The position numbers were made by a program, and so were the translations under genes. A stretch of 35,745 nt of DNA from a virus (lineage: Duplodnaviria > Heunggongvirae > Uroviricota > Caudoviricetes), in IMG/VR virus record IMGVR_UViG_2548876857_000008. One strand, 5' to 3'. The first letter of the stretch is position 1, and every line of letters starts with the position of its first letter. The notes beneath the pieces are model-generated. The model worked only from the letters and a program-made list of their open reading frames with translations, was not told the origin of the DNA and did not search any database. Positions 27,136-34,971 of this stretch are shown here, piece by piece.

Positions 27136-28052
27136 TGTTTGCCGTACTGGGTGATATTGAGTTTGAGGTGGTGACCTACTGGGACGGCTTTGATGCGTCG
27201 TTTGGTATGGATTATGCCGAACATGCCCGCATTGAAGGCAAACCGGGGTTGCAGTTTATCGGCGAAAAGCTGGATGAAGTGAGTATCAGCCTAGTGTTCC
27301 ACGATCACTATTGCCAGCCGGATGTTGAACTGGCGCGACTGCGTGACGCAATGGTGGCGCATCAGGCGCTGGCGCTGGTATTTGGCAACGGCGACTATCG
27401 CGGCTGGTTTGTGGTAACCGATATTCGGGCAACCAGCCAGCAGACCGATGGCCTCGGTAATGTGCAGGCGTTAAGTGCAGAGCTGTCGCTGAAGGAGTAC
27501 ATCGGCGATCCGAAAAATCCCCTGACGCCACCGGCTGTGTCCGGGGACGATCCGAATATCGATTCGTGGTCTGACGATGCCGACGACAGTTTTTCCGGCA
27601 GCGATATGTTCGACGGCCTAAGCGATATTACCGACGGGCTGGATGCGGCATCGGACGCGCTGGATGCCGCAGAGCAGGCGTTCGATGAGGCAGTGTCGTG
27701 GGCGGAAGATGTGGTGGAGCAAGTTGAAGATGCGATTGATGACGTACTTTCACCGCTGGAGGACGTTCTCAATGAGGTGTTATCACCACTCGATGAGGTG
27801 ATGCAGGCGCTGGAGGGTATCATGGGCGGCGGCGTACTGACCGATGCTCTCGGCGAGGTCGGGCAAGTCGCCTCGCAGATTTACGATGAAATCAGCAGTA
27901 CGTTGACCGGGCTTGACGGTATCACCCCCGACAACTTTGCCGATCTGTTCTCGCAGGCACTGGACGTGGTGCGCAACGGTCAGTCATTGATGGAAGCGTG
28001 TTCTCCCGCCGTTAGCAGGCTGGCGGCGGCAATCATTACCAGGAGCGTGTGA
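27135..28052 (+). CDS. tail protein (Mu N / DNA circulation protein-like)
   Basis: 305 aa directly after the tape measure. Acidic C-terminal half with short repeats (VLSPLEDVLNEVLSPLDEV). Confidence 0.5.
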   Translation: MFAVLGDIEFEVVTYWDGFDASFGMDYAEHARIEGKPGLQFIGEKLDEVSISLVFHDHYCQPDVELARLRDAMVAHQALALVFGNGDYRGWFVVTDIRATSQQTDGLGNVQALSAELSLKEYIGDPKNPLTPPAVSGDDPNIDSWSDDADDSFSGSDMFDGLSDITDGLDAASDALDAAEQAFDEAVSWAEDVVEQVEDAIDDVLSPLEDVLNEVLSPLDEVMQALEGIMGGGVLTDALGEVGQVASQIYDEISSTLTGLDGITPDNFADLFSQALDVVRNGQSLMEACSPAVSRLAAAIITRSV

Positions 28053-28270
28053 TGGGCGGCTGGATTGAACATATCACCACCGAGGGCGAGCGCTGGGATA
28101 ATCTGGCGTTCCTCTATTACGGCGATCCAATGGGCTATGAGCGCATCATTGTCGCTAACCCCCATATTGCGATCACGCCGACACTGGCCTCCGGGCTGCG
28201 GTTGCGTATTCCGGTGATCGGCCCGATGCAGGTGCATAACGTTGATGAGGTGCCGCCGTGGCTCAGGTAA
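28052..28270 (+). CDS. tail protein X-like (LysM-like small tail protein)
   Basis: ERWDNLAFLYYGDPMGYERIIVANPHIAITPTLASGLRLRIP resembles the P2 gpX family. AGGAG 6 nt before the ATG. Confidence 0.6.
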   Translation: MGGWIEHITTEGERWDNLAFLYYGDPMGYERIIVANPHIAITPTLASGLRLRIPVIGPMQVHNVDEVPPWLR

Positions 28271-29358
28271 ATGCCGTTATCACCCCCGTTTTCACCCTGT
28301 TTTACGGGCAGAAAGATATCACTCACGATATTGCTCCTTTTGTCCTGAGCGTGACGTATACCGACAGTCTCAAGAGCGAATCGGATGAAATCGACGTGCA
28401 GGTGGAAGACACCGCCGGGCGCTGGCGCGAGGCGTGGTATCCGGGCAAAGGCGATATGCTGATGCTGAAGTTGGGCTATCAGGGCGAAGCGTTGCTGGAC
28501 TGTGGAGCGTTCTCCATCGATGAGATTGAGCTGGGCGCACCGCCGGATACGGTATCCATTCGCGGCGTGGCGACGTCGGTCAACAGCGCTCTGCGTACCG
28601 CCTCCAGCGAGGGCTACGAAGAGACGACGCTGGATGCGATTGCCAGCCGTATCGCGCAGAAGCATGGTCTGAAGCTGGTCGGTCAGATAGAGCCGATTAC
28701 CATTGACCGGGTGACGCAATACGCGGAAACCGACGTCGGTTTTCTGAAGCGGCTGGCGGGTGAGTATGGTTATGCGCTGAAAGTCACCACTGGCGAGCTG
28801 GTGTTTTCCCATCTGGCTACACTGCGAAGTAACGCGCCGGTGACGACGCTGACGCCGCAGGATGTAGCGCGCTGGTCGCTGCGCGATACCATCAACCGCA
28901 TCTATAAGGATGCAAAGGTGGCGCATCAGAAGAGTAAAGAGAAGACGCTGGTGACGTACCACGCCGACGGCCCGCCGACCACGGAGACGCGTGGTAAATC
29001 GACCAGCGCCGATACGCTCAAGGTCAATGCACGGGCGGCGGATCAGGGGACGGCGCAGGTGAAAGCCGAGGCGGCGCTGGATGACCATAACGAGTATCAG
29101 CAGACCGGTTCGCTCTCGATGATGGGCAACACGCAGCTTATCGCCGGGAACAAAATCACTCTCGACGGGTTCGGCGTGCTCTCCGGGGAGTGGCTGATCA
29201 CCAGCGCCCGTCACTCGTTTGACCGTTCATCGGGCTACAGCACCGAAATTGAGGTCGGACGTGGCCCGAAAACGGCCTCCGGCGGCGGGAAGAAGAAAAA
29301 ACCGGATACGCTGACCGTCTATCACCCGGACGGCCCACCCACCCAGGAGAAAAAATGA
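28258..29358 (+). CDS. baseplate hub protein (P2 gpD / Mu P-like)
   Basis: 366 aa at the Mu P position; GTG start overlaps the upstream gene. Confidence 0.65.
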   Translation: MAQVNAVITPVFTLFYGQKDITHDIAPFVLSVTYTDSLKSESDEIDVQVEDTAGRWREAWYPGKGDMLMLKLGYQGEALLDCGAFSIDEIELGAPPDTVSIRGVATSVNSALRTASSEGYEETTLDAIASRIAQKHGLKLVGQIEPITIDRVTQYAETDVGFLKRLAGEYGYALKVTTGELVFSHLATLRSNAPVTTLTPQDVARWSLRDTINRIYKDAKVAHQKSKEKTLVTYHADGPPTTETRGKSTSADTLKVNARAADQGTAQVKAEAALDDHNEYQQTGSLSMMGNTQLIAGNKITLDGFGVLSGEWLITSARHSFDRSSGYSTEIEVGRGPKTASGGGKKKKPDTLTVYHPDGPPTQEKK

Positions 29359-29846
29359 AAGGCGTCACCCGACAGACCGGGATTATCAGCGATATCGACG
29401 AGGTGAAGGTGTGCGTGCGCGTCACCCTGCCGGAATGCGACGATCTGCGCACCAACTGGCTCCCCATCCTGCAACGCAATACGCAGGACAATAAGGACTA
29501 CTGGCTGCCGGATATCGGCGAGCAGGTGGAGGTGCTGCTGGATGATAACGGCGAGGATGGCGTGGTGCTGGGGGCGGTCTATTCGTCGGTGGATACGCCA
29601 CCGGTGACGGACAAAGACAAGCGCTATGTGCGGTTCTCCGATAAGGCCGCGATTGAGTACGACCGCAAACAGCACCAGTTGACCATTAATGGCGGCATTG
29701 AAAAAATCGTGATTGAGGTGAAAACCAGCGTCAGCATCACCGCGCCGCAGGTGGTCATCACGGGTAATGTCCGCGTCACCGGCAATATCAGTGCGTCAGG
29801 CTCTATCATCGACGCTGGCGGCAATACCAACCATCACTCTCATTAA
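29355..29846 (+). CDS. baseplate spike protein (P2 gpV / Mu gp45-like)
   Basis: 163 aa with a C-terminal beta-rich VxGN repeat region (ITGNVRVTGNISASGSIID). Confidence 0.7.
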   Translation: MKGVTRQTGIISDIDEVKVCVRVTLPECDDLRTNWLPILQRNTQDNKDYWLPDIGEQVEVLLDDNGEDGVVLGAVYSSVDTPPVTDKDKRYVRFSDKAAIEYDRKQHQLTINGGIEKIVIEVKTSVSITAPQVVITGNVRVTGNISASGSIIDAGGNTNHHSH

Positions 29847-29892
29847 AGCGGTTTAATACCGCCACTTTAGCAACGGGGGCGACAATGCCCCC
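29841..29892 (+). promoter_or_regulatory. inter-operon element: CATTAAAGCGGTTTAATACC motif plus GC hairpin abutting the gpW-like start
   Basis: Motif at 29841-29860 overlaps the gpV-like TAA stop. Hairpin GGGGGC-GACAAT-GCCCCC at 29875-29892 ends at the ATG at 29893. Confidence 0.5.
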
Positions 29893-30252
29893 ATGAGCAC
29901 ACAATCCCATCCTTTAAATCTGCACTGGCAACCGGCCCTGAAACGCGACGGCGAGTACGTCTGTGGGCTGGAGGATATCAGCCAGGCCGTTCACATCATT
30001 CTGCGCACGCCGCGCGGTAGCGATCCCCATCGCCCCTTTTTCGGTAGCGACCTGTGGCGCTATATCGACTGGCCTGCTGAACGGGCGATTCCCCATGTGG
30101 TGCGTGAGTCGGTGGAGGCTATCCGCCACTGGGAGCCGCGCTGCAAATTTCTCAAAGTGGTGCCGGAACTGGACGGCGAACATCTCACGCTGCGCATCCA
30201 GTGGCGCGCCGCCGATGGCGTTATTAATGAAACGGAGGTGGTATGGCGTTAG
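29893..30252 (+). CDS. baseplate wedge protein (P2 gpW / T4 gp25-like)
   Basis: 119 aa immediately before the gpJ-like gene. Confidence 0.7.
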   Translation: MSTQSHPLNLHWQPALKRDGEYVCGLEDISQAVHIILRTPRGSDPHRPFFGSDLWRYIDWPAERAIPHVVRESVEAIRHWEPRCKFLKVVPELDGEHLTLRIQWRAADGVINETEVVWR

Positions 30253-31358
30253 CTGAACCCGATTTTATCGACCGCGACCCGGCGCAAATCACCAGTGAGA
30301 TGATTGCGCAGTATGAAGCGGTGAGCGGTAAAACGCTCTATCCGGCGCAGGCGGAGCGGCTGCTGATTGATGTTATTGCCTATCGTGAAAATCTGCTGCG
30401 CATCGGCATTCAGGAGGCGGCAAAGCAGAATCTGGTGGCGTTTTCCCGTGCGCCAATGCTCGATTACCTCGGCGAACTGGTGGGCGTGAAGCGCCTGCCT
30501 GCGCAGGCGGCACAGACCACGTTGCGGTTTTCCGTTGCCAGCGCGCAAAAGCGCAATGTGCTGATCCCGGAGGGCACCCGCGCCAGCGCGGCCAACAGCG
30601 TGATGTTTGCCACCGATGACGATGTGCTGCTGCCAGCCGGAAGTCTGAGCGTCGATGTCACGGCCACATGTACCACCGCTGGCGTTGTGGGTAATGGCTG
30701 GCAACCGGCGCAGATTAGCGCACTGGTGGACAGCGTGGCAGGTGTCGATTTGCAGGTGACGAACATTACCGCGTCCGGCGGCGGCTGCGCCGATGAAAGC
30801 GACGACGCCCTGCGCGAGCGTATCCGGCTGGCTCCTGAAAGTTTCAGTAACGCGGGGAGTTATGGCGCATACCGCTTTCATGCGCTGTCAGTCAGCCAGG
30901 CGATTATCGACGTGGCCATCCTCGGCCCGGATGAGGGGCTGGATGAAGGTTGCGTGGAGATTTACCCGCTGACGCAGGACGGTCTGCCGGGCGATGAGTT
31001 GCTGGCACAGGTGGTGCAGGATGTCAGTAAAGAGAAGAAACGCCCGTTGACCGATAAGGTAAGCGCGAAGAAACCACTGCGCGTGGCATATCAGATTAAC
31101 GCGCAACTCACGCTATTCACTAAAGCCGATCAGGACTCGACGCTGCTGGCCGCGCGTAAGGCCATCGCCGACTGGACGGCAGAGCGCGAGCGCCATCTGG
31201 GGCGGGATATCGTCCCCAATCAAATCATCAAAGTGTTGCAGGTGGCGGGTGTCTATGACGTGGCGCTGGAAACACCTGCCAAACGAGTGCTCGCGGCACA
31301 TGAGTGGGCGCAGTGTACCTCGATTGATGTGACCATCGCCGGGGTGAGCGATGGATAA
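30243..31358 (+). CDS. baseplate J-like protein (Mu gp47 / P2 gpJ)
   Basis: 371 aa in the conserved position after gpW-like. Confidence 0.75.
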   Translation: MALAEPDFIDRDPAQITSEMIAQYEAVSGKTLYPAQAERLLIDVIAYRENLLRIGIQEAAKQNLVAFSRAPMLDYLGELVGVKRLPAQAAQTTLRFSVASAQKRNVLIPEGTRASAANSVMFATDDDVLLPAGSLSVDVTATCTTAGVVGNGWQPAQISALVDSVAGVDLQVTNITASGGGCADESDDALRERIRLAPESFSNAGSYGAYRFHALSVSQAIIDVAILGPDEGLDEGCVEIYPLTQDGLPGDELLAQVVQDVSKEKKRPLTDKVSAKKPLRVAYQINAQLTLFTKADQDSTLLAARKAIADWTAERERHLGRDIVPNQIIKVLQVAGVYDVALETPAKRVLAAHEWAQCTSIDVTIAGVSDG

Positions 31359-32070
31359 GTTACCGCTTCAACCGCCGCTCGCCGGGGATGAACGCTTTAC
31401 CCGGCTGGCAAATCTTGCCGCTGAACGCTTCGCACAACTCGATCTGACCGCGCTTCTGATTTACCTGGTGGATCTGGTGGATGCCACGGCGCTGCCGTCG
31501 CTGGCAGAACAGTTCCACGTTCAGGGGCTGGAAGGCTGGCTGTTTGCCCGCGATGAGCGACAAAAGCGCGATCTGATCAAGCAGGCCATTGAGCTGCACC
31601 GCTATCGCGGTACGCCGTGGGCAGTGCGTCAGGTACTGAAGATTCTGGCGTTGGACGGCGATATCAGCGAGTGGTTTGAGTATGGCGGTAAGCCGTACTT
31701 TTTCCGCATGGATGTCACGCTTGAGACGCGCGGGCTGACTGAGGATGAATTTAACGCGCTGATTGTGCTGATCCATGAGTACAAGAACGTCCGCTCAAAG
31801 CTGGAGATGCTGACTATCTGGCTGATTAACCAGAGCCAGATCCCGGTTATCGCCAGTGCTGTTCAGGGCGGCGAGATTGCTACCGTTCTGCCGTGGATTG
31901 CGGAGAGCGTGAGTCAGTCGTCTGCGGTTTATCTGGCGACGGAGTGTTTGAGTGCAGAGGTGGTAACGGTGTTGCCTCCGCTGCATGGCAATGTTGAGCA
32001 GACCAGCGTTATGAGTGTTGGAGCGGGCTGCTGGAGTATTGAGTTTGTCACTGTTTACCCGGAGGAGTAA
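31351..32070 (+). CDS. tail protein (P2 gpI / Mu gp48-like)
   Basis: 239 aa between baseplate J and the tail fibre. Confidence 0.65.
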   Translation: MDKLPLQPPLAGDERFTRLANLAAERFAQLDLTALLIYLVDLVDATALPSLAEQFHVQGLEGWLFARDERQKRDLIKQAIELHRYRGTPWAVRQVLKILALDGDISEWFEYGGKPYFFRMDVTLETRGLTEDEFNALIVLIHEYKNVRSKLEMLTIWLINQSQIPVIASAVQGGEIATVLPWIAESVSQSSAVYLATECLSAEVVTVLPPLHGNVEQTSVMSVGAGCWSIEFVTVYPEE

Positions 32071-33770
32071 TGGCGAGTGAATTTTTTACCATTTTAACCG
32101 CCGCTGGCCGCGCGAAGATTGCTGCGGCGCTGGCGGAACAAAAGCAGATAGTGCTGCAAACAATGGTCGTTGGCGACGGCGGCGGGCAGTATGCCGAACC
32201 GAAAGAGAGCCAGACAAAGGTGGTGCGTGAAGTCTGGCGCGGGTCACTGAATACGCTGAAAATCGCCCCGGAAAACCCGGCGTGGGTGATTGCCGAGGCG
32301 GTACTGCCGGAAGCGAAAGGCGGCTGGTATATCCGCGAGGTGGGATTGCTGGATATGGACGGCGTGCTGATTGCCATCGGCAAGTTCCCGGAAACCTATA
32401 AGCCGAAGCTGCCTGCCGGGGCCAGTAAGCAAATTGTGATCCGCGCTGTGATGGAAGTGACGAACGCGGCGGCGGTAACGCTGATGGTTGATCCGTCGCT
32501 GGTGATGGCAACGGTAGATTATGTGGACTCCAGTATTGAAGAGCACGAAAGATCACATAATCACCCGGACGCAACGCTGACGCAGAAAGGCTTTACGCAG
32601 CTTAACAGCTCCACCAATAGCACGCTGGAAACGCAGGCAGCAACGCCGAAGGCGGTGAAGGCGGCGATGGATAAGGCGAATGAGGCACTGGAAAAAGCTG
32701 GGGCTGATAAAGCGCATAAACATCTGTGGGCCGATATTACCGGGGTGCCGGATGGGACAACGGCGCAGAAAGGGGTTGTGAAGCTTAATAGCTCAACGAA
32801 CAGTACCAGTACGACGGAGGCTGCGACACCGAGTGCGGTTAAGGCGGCATATGACCTGGCGAATGGTAAGGCGGCGGGGAGCCATAAACATGCCTGGGGC
32901 GATATTACCGGGGTACCGGATGGCACTACGGCGCAAAAAGGGATCGTAAAGCTCAACAGCGCGACGAACAGCACCAGTACTACCGAAGCGGCCACGCCCG
33001 GCGCAGTGAAGGCGGCGTATGACCTGGCGAACGGGAAAGCGGCTTCCAGCCATACTCACGCATGGAGTCAGATTACCGGCGTACCGGATGCAACTACAGC
33101 GCAAAAAGGGGTTGTGAAGCTTAATAGCGCGACGAACAGTACCAGTACGACTGAAGCCGCAACGCCGAGCGCGGTTAAGGCGGCGTATGACAAGGCGAAT
33201 ACAGCAATCTCCAGTTTTGCTCTTTTCACGTCGAATGGGACGTTTACGGTGCCAGTCGGGGTAACGAAAGTGATGGTGGAAATGATTGGAGGTGGAGGTG
33301 GTGGCGGCGGCGGTGGTGTGGGTGGTGGTGAGCGAATTGGTTATCCGACAGCAGGTAAACCATCACTTTTTGTTCAAGGGATTGTTGCTGTGAACTCTGG
33401 ACAAAATGTAACCGTCACAGTCGGCGGAGGCGGTGTTGGGGGATCATCAAAAGTAGATACTGGTGGTGGTTCGATGACCGGGAGTAATGGGTACGCCGGA
33501 GGAAACTCAATTTTCTTAACGCTCACTTCTGTTGGTGGTAGCGGCGGCGGCGGTGCATTGCCAGATTCTGGTCCTGGCAACGCATTAAATGAGCCAGGTT
33601 CTGATTCAACGCATGGCTATGGCGGGGGGACTAAGTATAACTCGCAGAAAAATGCCGTAGGTTATGGTTCGAGTGGTGCGGCTGGTACCTCTAAAGGCGT
33701 CAGAACTGTTGAAGGGGACTCTACAGCAGGTGGCAATGGTGCTTCAGGTTTTGTCAGAATATGGTGGTAA
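32070..33770 (+). CDS. tail fibre protein with internal tandem repeats and poly-Gly tract
   Basis: N-terminus resembles P2 gpH / Mu S fibre N-domains. Four tandem repeats of about 56 aa at 32580-33200; Gly run at 33290-33328. Confidence 0.8.
   Translation: MASEFFTILTAAGRAKIAAALAEQKQIVLQTMVVGDGGGQYAEPKESQTKVVREVWRGSLNTLKIAPENPAWVIAEAVLPEAKGGWYIREVGLLDMDGVLIAIGKFPETYKPKLPAGASKQIVIRAVMEVTNAAAVTLMVDPSLVMATVDYVDSSIEEHERSHNHPDATLTQKGFTQLNSSTNSTLETQAATPKAVKAAMDKANEALEKAGADKAHKHLWADITGVPDGTTAQKGVVKLNSSTNSTSTTEAATPSAVKAAYDLANGKAAGSHKHAWGDITGVPDGTTAQKGIVKLNSATNSTSTTEAATPGAVKAAYDLANGKAASSHTHAWSQITGVPDATTAQKGVVKLNSATNSTSTTEAATPSAVKAAYDKANTAISSFALFTSNGTFTVPVGVTKVMVEMIGGGGGGGGGGVGGGERIGYPTAGKPSLFVQGIVAVNSGQNVTVTVGGGGVGGSSKVDTGGGSMTGSNGYAGGNSIFLTLTSVGGSGGGGALPDSGPGNALNEPGSDSTHGYGGGTKYNSQKNAVGYGSSGAAGTSKGVRTVEGDSTAGGNGASGFVRIWW
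32580..33200 (+). repeat. four in-frame tandem repeats (about 168-183 bp) inside the tail-fibre gene
   Basis: Repeated unit TAQKGVVKLNS(A/S)TNSTSTTEAATP(S/G)AVKAAYDLANGKAA(G/S)SH(K/T)HAWGDITGVPDG, with units starting near 32580, 32763, 32931 and 33099. Confidence 0.85.
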
Positions 33771-33773
33771 CAC

Positions 33774-34376
33774 ATGAAATATGCGTATTTTGAACCCTCA
33801 TCAATGAAGGTTTTAGACTGGCTGGATACCGAACAATTATCCTTTGTTTTGCCTGACAGTGTTGTTTCGGTAACTGATGAGCAATGGTGTTATCGTGATC
33901 GTGAATGCTGGGTCAATATTTCAACCACAGAAATCATCACAACACCTCCACCCGGTGATTTTTATCGGCTTGATGGTGATAAGTGGGTGTATGACGCAAC
34001 CAGCTATACTGCTGCGCTAGACGGTGCTAAGTCACTAGTTGTTAAGGCAATCAAGGCGCTACGCGATGAAGTCACTGCCGATTATATCATTATCGGCGAC
34101 TATCACTTTCACAGCGATGCCAGCAGTCGTATCCAGCAAATGTCACTCACCAGGATGGGGCAAACGAAGCAAATCCCCAAAGGCTTAATGTGGCAGACCA
34201 AAAACCTCGGACTTCTCGAGCTAACCAATGAAATCGCGGCGCAGTTTGAGTCCATTACAATGGATCACGATATGCGCCTCTTTGCCAATGCCCAGCGACA
34301 TATTGCCGCCGTTGAGGCGCTGGAAGATATCCTGGCAGTTCAGGAGTATGACTACTCTACGGGGTGGCAACCATGA
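33774..34376 (+). CDS. putative tail fibre assembly chaperone
   Basis: 200 aa immediately after the fibre gene; AT-richer than the structural genes. Confidence 0.5.
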   Translation: MKYAYFEPSSMKVLDWLDTEQLSFVLPDSVVSVTDEQWCYRDRECWVNISTTEIITTPPPGDFYRLDGDKWVYDATSYTAALDGAKSLVVKAIKALRDEVTADYIIIGDYHFHSDASSRIQQMSLTRMGQTKQIPKGLMWQTKNLGLLELTNEIAAQFESITMDHDMRLFANAQRHIAAVEALEDILAVQEYDYSTGWQP

Positions 34377-34825
34377 AGCCGGTGTATCTGGCGTTCTATA
34401 AAGGGCGAGCCGATCATCATGGGTTCGCACGTCTTTCCGACTGGCTGACGCGGCTGGTGACGCGGGGTGAGTATTCTCACTGCGAGCTGGCTGTTGACCA
34501 GGGTAACGGCGAGTTTCTTTGTTATTCGTCGTCGATGCGTGACAAGGGGGTGCGCTGTAAGCAAATGCCGCTGCCACTCGATAAATGGGATCTTATCGCG
34601 CTAAATGCGCTACCAACCAGTGTGGAGCAGTTCTTCCGTCGAAACGACGCCATGAAATATGACTGGCTGGGGGCTGTGGGATTCGTTGTTTTTAATCGTG
34701 GACGGGAGAACAAATATTTCTGTAGCGAGTTTTGCGCAGATTTTCTTGGACTGGTCGATAGCTGGCGTTATTCACCCAATATGCTCCACGCGCTGGCCAG
34801 CAGTATTCAGACTATGAAGTTATAA
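34373..34825 (+). CDS. hypothetical protein with conserved His/Cys residues
   Basis: About 150 aa; GGGGTGG precedes the ATG at 34373. Contains YSHCEL and YFCSEFC. Confidence 0.5.
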   Translation: MKPVYLAFYKGRADHHGFARLSDWLTRLVTRGEYSHCELAVDQGNGEFLCYSSSMRDKGVRCKQMPLPLDKWDLIALNALPTSVEQFFRRNDAMKYDWLGAVGFVVFNRGRENKYFCSEFCADFLGLVDSWRYSPNMLHALASSIQTMKL

Positions 34826-34909
34826 GGGAAACAGCGACCAGAGTCAGGCGGTCACCTGACTCTGACCAGCTAACCCGCAGGAAGTGTCTGCGAGCCGCCC
34901 AGGGCTGCC

Positions 34910-34925
34910 ACTGATGGCCATCAGT
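34910..34925. promoter_or_regulatory. perfect 16-bp palindrome ACTGATGGCCATCAGT upstream of the methyltransferase gene
   Basis: Exact dyad 47 bp before the ATG at 34972; a 10-bp stem-loop lies further upstream at 34839-34864. Confidence 0.3.
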
Positions 34926-34971
34926 CCAATAAGCCTAACAGTTTTTCACATACTGAAAAAGGTTTGCAGAA

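Noticed and set aside
28135-29214. 359-aa minus-strand ORF antisense to the baseplate hub gene
   Set aside because: Arg-rich shadow ORF in a GC-rich region that breaks the coupled plus-strand gene chain.
32580-33200. Tandem repeats considered as a CRISPR array or non-coding satellite
   Set aside because: The repeats are in-frame coding sequence of the tail-fibre ORF, with imperfect units and no unique spacers.
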